Positions 49,843 to 60,992 of a stretch of DNA of 64,000 nucleotides are shown piece after piece. Each line of letters starts with the position of its first letter. The stretch's first letter is position 1. The stretch spans positions 806,001-870,000 of the forward strand of contig JAPEUD010000001.1 in NCBI GenBank assembly GCA_026026165.1, given 5' to 3'. A program made the position numbers and the translations under genes. This DNA comes from Sarea resinae (taxonomy: Eukaryota). The notes under the pieces were generated by a model that had not been told where the DNA came from, ran no database searches, and saw only the letters and a program-made list of their open reading frames with translations.

Positions 49843-52800
49843 GCTCGCTCGCTCGAATGCTCGTATGCTCGCTCGTACGCAAAAGCAGAAGGATCCAAAA
49901 GAGCGACGAGGGCACGACAAGCCTAATGGGCCGACCCAAACGCAGACGCAAAGGAGAGAAGGTTGCCGCAGCGAAGAAAGAAGGCGCAACGATGGCCCAA
50001 GGCTTCACGCATAGAAGATGGAGGTTTGCTCAGAGGTTGCCGTGGTCGTTGCATGAGTCTTGGATTGAGAGCAATCGCATTGCTCGACCGCCGGAGCTGC
50101 GGCGGGTATAATACTACGATCGGAGCGCTCTCGCCATTCTGGTAGTCGATGTAGCAGCCGTGCTCATAGTGTACGAGGAGTACTCCGGGAGTGGTAGCGG
50201 AGTGGTAGCGGAGTGGGGCAGGGGGGGATGAGAGGGATGAGCAGAGGAAGAGGACAGGAAAAGCTCTCCGCATCCCAAACCAACGCCAACATCTGTCGAG
50301 TATCGGCCGGGATGATCGAGCTAGAGAGTGAGAGTACTCGAGTAGAGAGGGCAGTCTGAAGTACGAATGCTCGTAGTAGAGGAGTCAGTAGTGCATGGCC
50401 CGAGGGCGAACCAGTCGGGGGTGGCATGTAACCTGACGCCGTAGCATGGATCTCCGAGCCGTCGTAGTGCGGAGCCGATAGAGGCCACTGGGGCCACCGA
50501 GGCCACTTCAAGCAGTAGCAGTCAGTCGAACTGGAAGGCGTCTGTCTATCCACGCAGTCTCGGCCGTGCAAGTCATGGAAGAGGGAGCCCCTGAGACTCG
50601 AACACGATACGATGATCCGTCGAGGGCCGAGGCCATGCCATCCATATATGGTCAGTATACTACGATACTACGATATATGCTCGTACTATCCTACAACATC
50701 CATCCACGCTGATACAAGCTCTGATGCAGACCATGTTCCGCCCCTCCGTCCGTCGCAGTCTGGCCGCCGATTGTTGCCCTCGATGGACCTAGCGCGTGAC
50801 GGCTGAAATTAGAGTAGTGACAGAGGGCTCCAGGGCTCCGGGGCTAGGGTATGCGGTGTGTGTGTGTTGTGTGCGGGCGAAGCGAAGTCAGGGAAATAAG
50901 GTACAAGTACAGGAACAACTACAAGTACAGAGTAGAGGAACAGAGTACCACGAGACAGCTGGAGGCTGGAGGCGAGGATCTGCCGTTCAGGGTTCGGCAT
51001 TCAGCATCCGATCCCTCACGCAGAACGCAGAACGCAGTACTCCAGACGACAGTCCCCAGTACTGCGGTGAAGCACGGGAAGAGTAGTAGAAGCGCTGGTA
51101 CAAAGTACCAAGTGTCCCTTCGCATCGCATTGCATCAAGAGAGAAAAGCATCCGACCTCACGAGTCAGTACTCGGAGTAGTACTCTGTAGAGCATGACGC
51201 AGGGCCCCGAGTCCAACCCTTCAAACCACATCAGATATACTCCGTAGACACGGACACCATGCAGCGCCCCAGGTGAATCTGGATGGGCCCAGAGGACAAA
51301 GGGGCTTTCCTCATCCGACATTGGTCCTGGAGAGACAGCCGACCGTATATAGATAGTACCTGCCTGAGTTGAAAAAGTCAAGCTTTTGCTACGGATCACT
51401 CTTGGGCCAGAGAAAGGCTCATCCATCTGCAGACATCTCTGATGCCAAACGCTGAGAAGCCCAATCTCGACGCCTCCCGCGGTCTAGTACCCTCGTCGCC
51501 ACGACCAACCAACAACCTACCCTCATTCTACGTAGTGTCATGGCCGCCACCAGCTCTCCCTCTGGCGACGATACTCGTACATGAGAAGAACCAAGTTGGA
51601 AAAAGCAACGGAAAGTAAAGAGCCCCTGGGACCTTGCATCCACGAAGTCGATCGTTCAAAATTACGTGCCTACATAGTACCTACCTTGATTAGGTAGTCA
51701 ACTGCCTTTTCTTCTCAGGTTCTAACGTCCGTACCCTAAGCAATACCACCTACGTACTTTCGTACATCGTTCTGTTTATCATTGCTGCATCCAGCGATCA
51801 GACAGACGGAGATGCCGTACATGGTACATGTACATAGTACCGCGTAGAGTACTTCATACTCCTCCTACTGCACTAACCGTGCTATCGTACCTTGGAATGC
51901 AACCGTGACCTTCCAGGGGCTACAAATGGGGTCAAGCACGAAATCAAGACCATGTCGTTCCCGTCGAGAGGCACGGAAGGTTGGGAGATGATCGCAGCTC
52001 GATAGCGCGCACGAACACAGGGCGCGATAAAGCCAGACCCGCTCCGATAAATATCAATCGACGTCCCCAAGATCCTATTCCGTTCTAGAGAGCCTTCCAA
52101 GGCGGCCGGGACTACTGCAGTGCAGTCGTCGTGCTCCACGCACTGCCGCTGCACGGAAGACGCAATGTTCTTCCATCCGTGCCACCACCAAGGCCCCATT
52201 GGGGCATCATACGTGCATGCACCTATGCTCGAATGGATGAATGAAGGAACCCGATGGATGCCATCATTGATAGAGTTCGTCGATGGCTGGAGACGCCATG
52301 CTCGCAATCCCACGTGTGTGGGCCGCGAACCAGAGGGCAGCTGCAGTGTTCCCACCACTGCCGCCTCCAGCACCCAGGCTCCAGCACCCAGCAGCCAGAG
52401 TATCAGAATCCAGGAACGACGCGCATAGGGATTTGTTTGGAAGACCCCCAACGTCCCTAGCGTAGGGGGCATTCAAGAGCCCTACCTTACCTAGATCAAC
52501 AAACAGAAATCTGGTACCGAAGGTATGAAATAAAGCCGCGATTAACCCGACCTGATCTAGGGACTCCCTCTCGTATTCTTTGACCCTGAGGAAAATTTGC
52601 TCGGATTTCTCTGCCCACTCTCCTCTCTCTCTCTCTCTGTCTCTACCGCAGTACCTGTCCATCTGTCTACTATATCCATCACGCGAAAACCCTCAAATAC
52701 CTACGTGCGCCAAGGCAAGACAACAAGAGCCGCTCGTCCAGAAGCAGTCTAAACCGACCTACCTTCCGGTTAGGTAGCACGCAAGGAACACCTGGGCAGT

Positions 52801-54134
52801 TACCAGCGTGACCACTTCCCGATCTCGTCGTCAATCTCAACGCGTTTCTAGCCACGTATCGCCCGTGAGGTCGGTCATGCATACTCCGGTAGGTCCGATC
52901 GATTTACCTAAGATGGATGTTATTGTTGCTGAACACCCCTTCCTCCCTTCCTTCCTTTCTCCCTGGAGCGTTTCCTCAAGGTACCTTAGTCTATATTATT
53001 CCAAGTGTCTTACTTACCTTACCCATCTAGGTAGGTAAGGTAGGTACCGTAGGCAGGTAGACAGGTAGACAGACACCCCAAACATCCATCATCCTTCCAT
53101 CCCAAGACCGACCCAAACGGACCCAAGAAACTCCCAAACCCAGGCCATGGATGATTCCACCGTCCGGAGGGAGTAAGTACCCTCATACCTACCTAGGTAC
53201 TTTGTATGTATCCATTTGATGCTACTACTCTATTACAGTACCTTACCCATAACCTGCTTCGTCCACCTTTACATAATAAATTCCTCTAGCTCTACCACCT
53301 CTCTCTCCGTCTCGCTCTCCCTCTCGCAACCTTTCTTCGTCGTCGACCACCACCACCACCACCGACGCCAGCCGGGCGCGCTTTTCAATCCGCCATGGTC
53401 AGTACCTACCTTAGGTAAGTAAGCTAAGGTATACCTGAGATACCTGAGGTAAGGTTACCCAGGTAGCCAGCCAGCCAGAGCGAGTCACAGAGGTCAGGCC
53501 AGTCGGGCGAAAAGACTCCGTCCGGGACCAGGTTCCCAAAGGGGGGTAATGCGTGCGTCGACGAACGACGGGGCCGTAGTGCGCCACCGCCTGCCCACCG
53601 CGGCCGCGCACGGCGGGAGAAGCGGGATGGGCATGGGGAGGGGCGAAGGAGGAGGAGGAGGAGGAGCTAGACCGCTCTTAATGCTATTATTGCACCACCG
53701 TGCGCTATTTCTTCTAGACCTCTACCTTACTGATTTAATTGACGGGTCAACGAGTTTACTTTGATAGACAACAAGGTAGTGAGTGAACCAAGCCTGGGCA
53801 TAGTAATCACCATGCATACTTTGATAGCTCGCGAAACAAAAAAAATATTGCAATCATAAGGAATGACTATCGACTATCTAGAAAGGAAAATCTTTGATCG
53901 AAAAGATATTGGGAAGACGCCCGAGCGCCTATTCGTTTGCGTTCCCAGGCCTGTGCTGGTCTTCCTTATATCCGTCAACCAATCCTTGATTCATAGTCCC
54001 CCCCCCCCCTCCAAAAACAGAATCGCTTGTTCCAATTTCAAAGCCAAAGAGAGAACCATTCGGTATGGTATGGTATGGTATCAGATGTCGGTAGGCCAAT
54101 GGCCAGTTTCGAAGCTTGACGATGAACGAACCAT

Positions 54135-55619
54135 CTATCTTCTCGCATCATCGCACTGTTCCAGAAAGCGATAGATGCCCTCGAACCCTTCATACTGAGA
54201 AGACGATGACTGCGGCGGTCGTGGGAGCGACCTCGCGGGCTGCTCGAAATACATGTCACAGTCTTCTTCGATGTCGGCGCTATGCAAGCTGGCGTAATCG
54301 GACGGCGAGGAAATCCAGGGGTTGTCCTCGTCAGGCATGCCAATATCTTCGTAGCTCAAGGCGCCCGAGTTGTTAGAGCGCGTGGAGAAACGAGGAGAAG
54401 TGAGCGTGGGTGCCGCGGAGAGCATGCTCTTCCAGTCAACCTCGTCGCGCTTCGCCTGTTGCGGTTTGGTGAACATCGCGGCGGCTTCGCGTAGAGATGC
54501 ATTAGATGACGTAGTGGTGCTGCTGTCTGGTGCAAATGGAAAGAGCAGCGCCATCTCTGCGCCGGCGGACTCATCGAAGCCCTCGTCCTGAGACACGATA
54601 CCTCGCTGGACGCCGGCTTCGTCACAAAGCCGTTCGACGGTCTCAGCATCGCAACCGGGGAAGTGTACCCTGAGAGTAGACATCTCTGGAAGCGAAAGGG
54701 GCAAGTCACCGAGGGCCGATAGGCGCTTCAGGTCGTTCAAAACGGCACTAAGGTCTTTCAACGCACGGGAAAAGTCAATCGAAAGGATGTCGAGAAGGCC
54801 TTCCTTGTTGAGAGTCTGCTTGTCGGACTTAGGGGCCTCGAAGTTCTGCAAGCCATTCAAGGGGCTTAGTGCAGTGATCGTGGGGTTGACATGGAAATCA
54901 ATGTAGGAGCCTGGAGTAGCCCTTGGAAGCGACCTCATCTTGCGGCCAGTCACGTCCTGGAGGTCGCTGACAGCTTTAAAGTTCTTCTCCCCGGATCGAG
55001 GGTGGACGCCATCAAATTGGGCCTTCTGGCCCGAAAGCCAAAAGGCACGGACAGCAGCAGATACATTGTTGATGACCTCAGCAGGTGCTGCAGGTGTATG
55101 TGAGAAATATCTCGCTCCACCCATGCGTCCGGCACCATTTGAATAGCCACCTGCTGTACGAGAAAGAGTGCCACCAGTGAGATTCGGCCGTAGGGTTGAC
55201 GCGAAGGGAGCGCGGTGTGGTAGGCGATTCACAGCACTGCCAATCGTAGACTTTGGGAAAGACGACTTGCTGTACTTTGCACCAGATCCAGCAGATGATG
55301 TGAAACGTCTGACGGCGGCATTGATTGTGCTGTGGGTCGTATACCATCTACCCTTGCTTTGGCGGAGATAAGCTGCCGGATGGATGGGATGACGGGGAGT
55401 GTTGCGAGCCAAGATAGGCTGGAGTTGAGCATCGAGAGGACGACCTGCTGCGGCCACCTTTGCGCGAACAAAGGTTGATGTCCTTTTCAAGGCGTGCCTG
55501 AAGTTGCGTCAGCACAAAGGACGAATTAAGGTGGCATGGCAGCATTTGGGGTTCGGAGAAACTTACCTCATCATCCTCAAGGCCATCGGGACCATCTGAT
55601 GGCCACTAGAAGGCGCCAT
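54135..55619 (-). CDS. Conserved fungal hypothetical protein (possibly mitochondrial), 2 exons
   Basis: ATG 55619 MAPSSGHQMVPMALRMMR|gtaagt...cag joins the 451-aa ORF. Protein-like blocks include APFASTLRPNLTGG, RVHFPGCD and C-terminal YEGFEGIYRFLEQCD. Confidence 0.8.
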
Positions 55620-56194
55620 GATATTGGATACGGAGGTGATAAAGAATTGAGTGGAGTTGTAGGAGAAGCAAGAGGAGGAACATAGACGGGCTTGGAGATT
55701 CGATTATGAGATATGATAGCGAAGTGGCGATATGTCGCAGCCGGGAAACTGTGTTCGTACAAAGTACTCGATACTCTAGAATACTCGGTTCTCCCATGGT
55801 CAAAAGCGTACACTCTGGTACTGTGAGGGTACTGAGAACTGATTGAGAGTCTCAATGATACACCCCAAACCCGCTCCTGATACTAAGGAGTAAATAAGAG
55901 GCACTCCCATACCCGAACAGTAGTGCGGAGAAGCACAGCCACACCTCTCACGTCATGCAATACTTCGAGCCTAGGTAGGAGTATATCGACGTGGTCGCTC
56001 CCCTCAATAGTCGACTTCGGCCACGGGCATCTTTTTCTTGTTGCCGTTTCTCGATGCACTCGACGAAATCGCCTACTCTCACATCGCCCTTTACTTGAGA
56101 TCCGCAACTTTAGAGGATAAGTTAACTTTGCCATCGACTCGTGGGCGCGGAAAGTAGGGATCGGCCGAAAAACGGCTTCCTGAAATTATCGTTG

Positions 56195-56565
56195 ACATGA
56201 CCTTCTATAGCTCGTTAATCTGTCGTCTCAGGTCTATCCCATGGCCTTTGCTACTGCCGAAGCGGACTTCACAATGTCTGCTTCATACATAGTGCCCCAT
56301 TTCGGTGGGTCTTATATGTTTACGGGGTAACATGATGTTCGTACCGCTCGCGCTCTTGCTGAGGGGACGTCTGTGAGCATATCTACACAGAGAACCTCCT
56401 TGAGTAGACTCAGCACACGTCAAGCTCTGTTTGAACAGTTTTGTTAGCTCTGGACTATTAGGGTTGGGATACGGTACAACCTGTGGTTCGACTGTTCAGT
56501 GGAGCTTTCGGTCACGGGATTATAGTAAACGGAGTCGGTGGTAATATGCATTTCATCAAACATCA
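56195..56565 (+). ncRNA. Candidate structured non-coding RNA, family not identified
   Basis: At least four stems rich in G-U pairs, one capped by a UUCG loop, in ORF-free intergenic DNA (see findings). Confidence 0.35.
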
Positions 56566-57364
56566 AACGATACTCCTGTCAGAGCATTGTTGTTCTCAAC
56601 ATTCCAATATCTCCCACGACTGGCCCCCTATCAAGACTCTTTAAGACTTCCAAAATCTTCACCATCACTAAAAGCTAGAGCATATGAATTTTCAATCGGC
56701 GAAACTACAGCAAAGCATTTTTTTACTACTATTTACATTGCAAGCAGCTGCAAGTGCGAGTAAATGGCACTGATGACGAGTAGTCGAGGACTGACAACGA
56801 GAGGGACTGAGCTGAGCAAATAGACCCGCTATGCCAGAACCAGAAGAGATATGCGCGAGAGAGCGACAGCGGTCTGTGGATGAAGCTGGAGCTAAAGCTG
56901 AAGCAAAAGCACAAATTGAAGCTCAAGCTCGCCAGATTCGAGACCCTCCCTGTATGCATTGAAGGAGACCGTGATGACACGATTAGAGTTTTCCAACCTC
57001 AGATGCCCGAGAATAGCGCCGATAAAAGCCAAAGCAGTTGAGAGGTCGAAACGTCTAGTGTTCGTGAAATGAAGGGCGGCAAGTAGCCACTGAAATTGAG
57101 GGAAATAGGCATGCTGCCGCTAGAAGGGCTACATGGTGGCCATCGCCACGGTACTTTTAGAGAAAACATGTTGGCAAAGTGTATGCAGAAGTCTCGTCCC
57201 CTCGGACTGAAATAAAGCGTAGTAAACCGAATATCCGTAAGTGAGGCTAGATATGTGCCGTAGTGAATGCAGCAATAGAATGGCACGACGATTGCTCATG
57301 GCAAAAGCCTTGGCCAGCAAGTTGCCAAACGCTCGTCTGACGGTGAGCAAGTCCTTGCACCATT

Positions 57365-60300
57365 TCAGCTCTCTAGTTGAGCCCTTAATTCCTTGTCGAC
57401 GACGTTGTCCACCTTCTTGCGGTTCTTCATATTTAGAGCGCCATTTCTCCAGGCCGCCCTCAGTTTATCAAAGCCGGGTCTCTCTTTGTCGGCATCTTCA
57501 TTCCGCACAAGCTCGACATAGTCGCGGGCGATATCGTTAGAAATCGTCTTTTGGCTGTGTAGCGCTTGATCGTAGTATTGTATCAAGTTCTGGATCCCAA
57601 CTTCTGATTTCTTCTGTGCATCTTCAAAGGCAGTTTGTCGAAATTCACCGTACATGCGGGAATTAAAGTTTCGGATCAGGAAGTGCGACCAGAACTGGTA
57701 AAGAATGTTCATGTCACGGTGACACTGGTCAGCAGCCGACGACTCGCGCTGCTCCATGGCATTCTTGCGGAACGTGTGGTACGATTCAACCGTCAGATCC
57801 TCGGGAAGCGCATCAATCGGGGTGTCCTTCTCTTTCACCCAGAAGACTTGAGGATCGCTGTGGTGCGGCGGTTTCGAATGTTTAGGCCCGACGTGCTTCT
57901 CAGCTTCGGAGCTATACTGATATCAGCATAAGATATTCGGGGATAGTGGAGGATTGATCTCACCTGTCAGGCGTGGCGCCATTTGTCATTGGCCGAGGAT
58001 GGCTCATTTCGTCTGCGATAGTTCGACCGTCAATAGAGCCATTGGAGAATGTCCTGGATGCCGCAGAATGGAATGGACGTCTAAGCTGGCCTTCGGCCTT
58101 GACTGGTTTTCGAACAATTATCATCAGATGTGGTATTTGCTCATCAGGGAAGGAGTCTCCTTCGCTTCTTTGACCATCCAGGTTCGTTTGTCCATTGATT
58201 TCGTTTGGTACTCCGGAAGGAGCAAAGTCTGGAACCGCCGCAGAGAGCGGAGTGAAGTCCGGATGGCTGTTACCACTTACGCTGCCGCTCATGGTGGGTA
58301 CAGGAGCCAATGGGACATAATTAGGAACCACGCCTCCTATATGCTGATAAGCACCATCGTGGTCTAGATTTTGACCCAGCTCGTTGGGCGACATGTTTTG
58401 ACGACCATGTTCCATGTATGATGTCTCCAGTCCTTGAGGATGTGGCGTTCGAGGTTGATGGATCTGTACAGGACCATCATTTTGCGCCGAAGGATCTCGC
58501 TCATCCTTGCTCAACACCCATTGCTGCCAGCCCTCTCTTCTCCGCAGTCGGTCGAGGCCATCAGGACCTGTACGGAACTCAATCGTCCTCGACTGAAAGC
58601 AGACATATCGGACCAATTCCATGTCCTGAGTAAGTTGCTTGATGCGATTAAAATCGGCTATAACATTCAAGAAAACAAAACCCTGCGAGTCCATATGCTT
58701 TCGAAGGAACATGTCTTTGCAAAGATTGTCCACAGAAAAATAATAATCCCTATCAATATTAGTTTCGACTTTTCACAGATGGAGAAAAGACTTACAATTG
58801 CATTGCAACCATGTTGACAATAGAGTACTGTTCAACGTATGGGTTGTACGGCACCGCACTCATCGAATGCATCGGATAGTCATACACATTGCTCATGTGA
58901 GTTTGCAATGGAGCGACCTGCTGAGGCCCATTCGGCATTCCCACCGGGAAGCGGCCATAGAGCGGCGCAGTATGTGGAATAGATTGCGAGCGCGGTCCAC
59001 CGCGGTGATTTCTGGGGCCAGGCCCGTACTGACTTTGATGGGACTGTTGAGTATTATATGACGTCGACGTCTTCGGATACGAGAAGGATGCAGGGTGTTG
59101 TTGGTGTGGCGAGTGACCATTAGGAAATTGAGAGTTTGGCGACTGGCTCGAATGATTAAATCCATTGCTGGCGCCTCGGCCAGATCGAAAACCTCCTCGC
59201 CCACGATCGGGTCGTCCTTCACGCTCACGTTCGCGATGCGGAACATTGTTGCCCAGATCCCTCATGGCTTCCTGAGGTCTATTCATTCCTTCGAGTCGGC
59301 GATCCGGCCCGTTCGGCTTCGGATGGGCATGCGTATCGATGCCTTGAATTTCTCCCAGGACGGCATTTGCATTATCCATAGGAGCATTTGCGCTAGATCC
59401 ATTGCTTGCGAATTGACGAGACTCAGGATTGAGTTTCTGCGTCCCATCCGTCTGAGTCGCAGTAGACATTCGGCGAGATGAGGATGCGGTATTCTGACCA
59501 TCCTTGGGAAATGTAGACTCCCCATCGCGACGTCTCTCCGGCGCTGTTTGTTGGCCATATTTGCGCTGTTCACGACGAGGAAGAGGACCGGCGCTTGATG
59601 CTCTCTTCGGTTTGGGCGGCAAAGAAGGGGTCCTTGCGGTAGATCCATCAGCTCTTCCACGTCCATTCGGCTCCCCTTGACCAGACATTTGCTGCGTTGC
59701 ACCGGGTCCCATATTACTCCTTTCGCTGCTGATGCTGCCATGTGCGAAGTGGGCCGCTCCACGTCCTCCAGCTTCTCTACCACCGCGAGAGGTTCTTCCC
59801 CCACGTCTTGCAGCAGTCGGTAGAGGCGTATTGTAAACAACAGTAGGCGTGTATGGAACAGGAACCCATCTCTCTTTGCCTCGTGGCCCGGAGGCCCTCA
59901 CAGGACTTCTGTCCTTTTCAGTAGTTTCGCCCTTGTCTTGGACTTTCTTCTTCTCCTCGCCTAGAGCACTATCTGGGGTCGGCCATGATACTGCATCCTC
60001 CACCGGAGGAGGAGCTGAGGGGCTCATTCGCTGACTATCTCTTTCAAGCGTCTTAGATCGCGGATTGAGCTTGCGCGAAGCTTGAAGATTGTTAGTATAA
60101 GCGACAAATCATCAATTAAGACACTAGTCTCCTGACACTTACTTTCGTCTCGAGCTCGACCATCTCGCTCCGTTGGCCGTTTTCTCTCCTTCACTGCGCT
60201 GGCCTGGGACAGATTTGGATCTTCCGCTCCAGCCAAAGTAGGTTTCACCTTCTTCCTGGAATCGGGCTTGACTAAATCAGAGGTCCTCTCTTTGTTGTCC

Positions 60301-60992
60301 TGTGCAACTCGAACAGTAGGGCCGTCCTCTGTTTCAGTGGGGTCCGACACTTGAGGTGCCGCGGGAAGAGTCACCCTTGTCTTTGCTTCTTGAGCTTCCT
60401 TGCGCTGCAGCCAGAAGTTGATTGCAGGTGGCGGGGCTTCTTTTAGTATCTTGGGAGTTGCCTTCTCCTTCTCGCCCTCTTTATCTTTCGCACTATTATT
60501 TCCGTTTTCACTAGATTTCTCCAAGACCACGGACGCTTGCGACTGCTTATCCCACGTTGACTCGGATGATAGGTTCGGGGTGCATGAGATGTCGTCTTCT
60601 TTCGGCAAGGTAGAGGTGGAGGAAGTACCAAATGCCGGCGATGATGGTGATGAGATACCATTTTGTGAACGGCCGTTCGTCTGCCCGGTGGGCGGCGAGG
60701 ATGTGCCCTTGGTTTGAGAAGGTTGGCTGGTCGTTGACTGACCACCTCCAACTCCATTGCTCAATTCACTGGTCTGATCACCTCCTTCAGATGCTCCATT
60801 TACTGATGGGGCAGTTGAGGTGGGGGACGTTATTGGTTTCACTTCTTTAGAAGGCCCGTTCGTTCCAGATGCGACCTTGCTGGACTGTGTGGTAGACCCA
60901 GATGAAGATTTACCCTTCGCTGCTTGCGCGTAGGAAAATGTGGGAGGCGCCGTAGCTTGCTCGCCTGGTGGAGCACTCGTGGTAGCAGCCAT
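57365..60992 (-). CDS. La-related RNA-binding protein, LARP1-like (La motif + PAM2-like + DM15-like region), 4 exons
   Basis: La motif across an intron: QL|DYYFSVDNLCKDMFLRKHMDSQGFVFLNVIADFNRIKQL. Also SWPTP, ERWVPV, RGG tracts, LSAAVPDFAP and C-terminal MNILYQFWSHFLIRNFNSRMYGEFRQTAFEDA. Intron 60142-60081 links ORFs 60992 and 60027. Confidence 0.9.

Noticed and set aside
51882..52472. 196-aa ORF with a hydrophobic N-terminal stretch
   Set aside because: No recognisable motif or splice support, and it overlaps several equally weak ORFs.
56455..56470. TTAGGGTTG as a telomerase template or telomeric seed
   Set aside because: Single imperfect copy (not TAACCCTAA on either strand), and it sits inside a predicted stem.
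56445..56510. GGTTCGA as a tRNA T-loop
   Set aside because: No T-stem, D-arm or anticodon arm geometry can be built.
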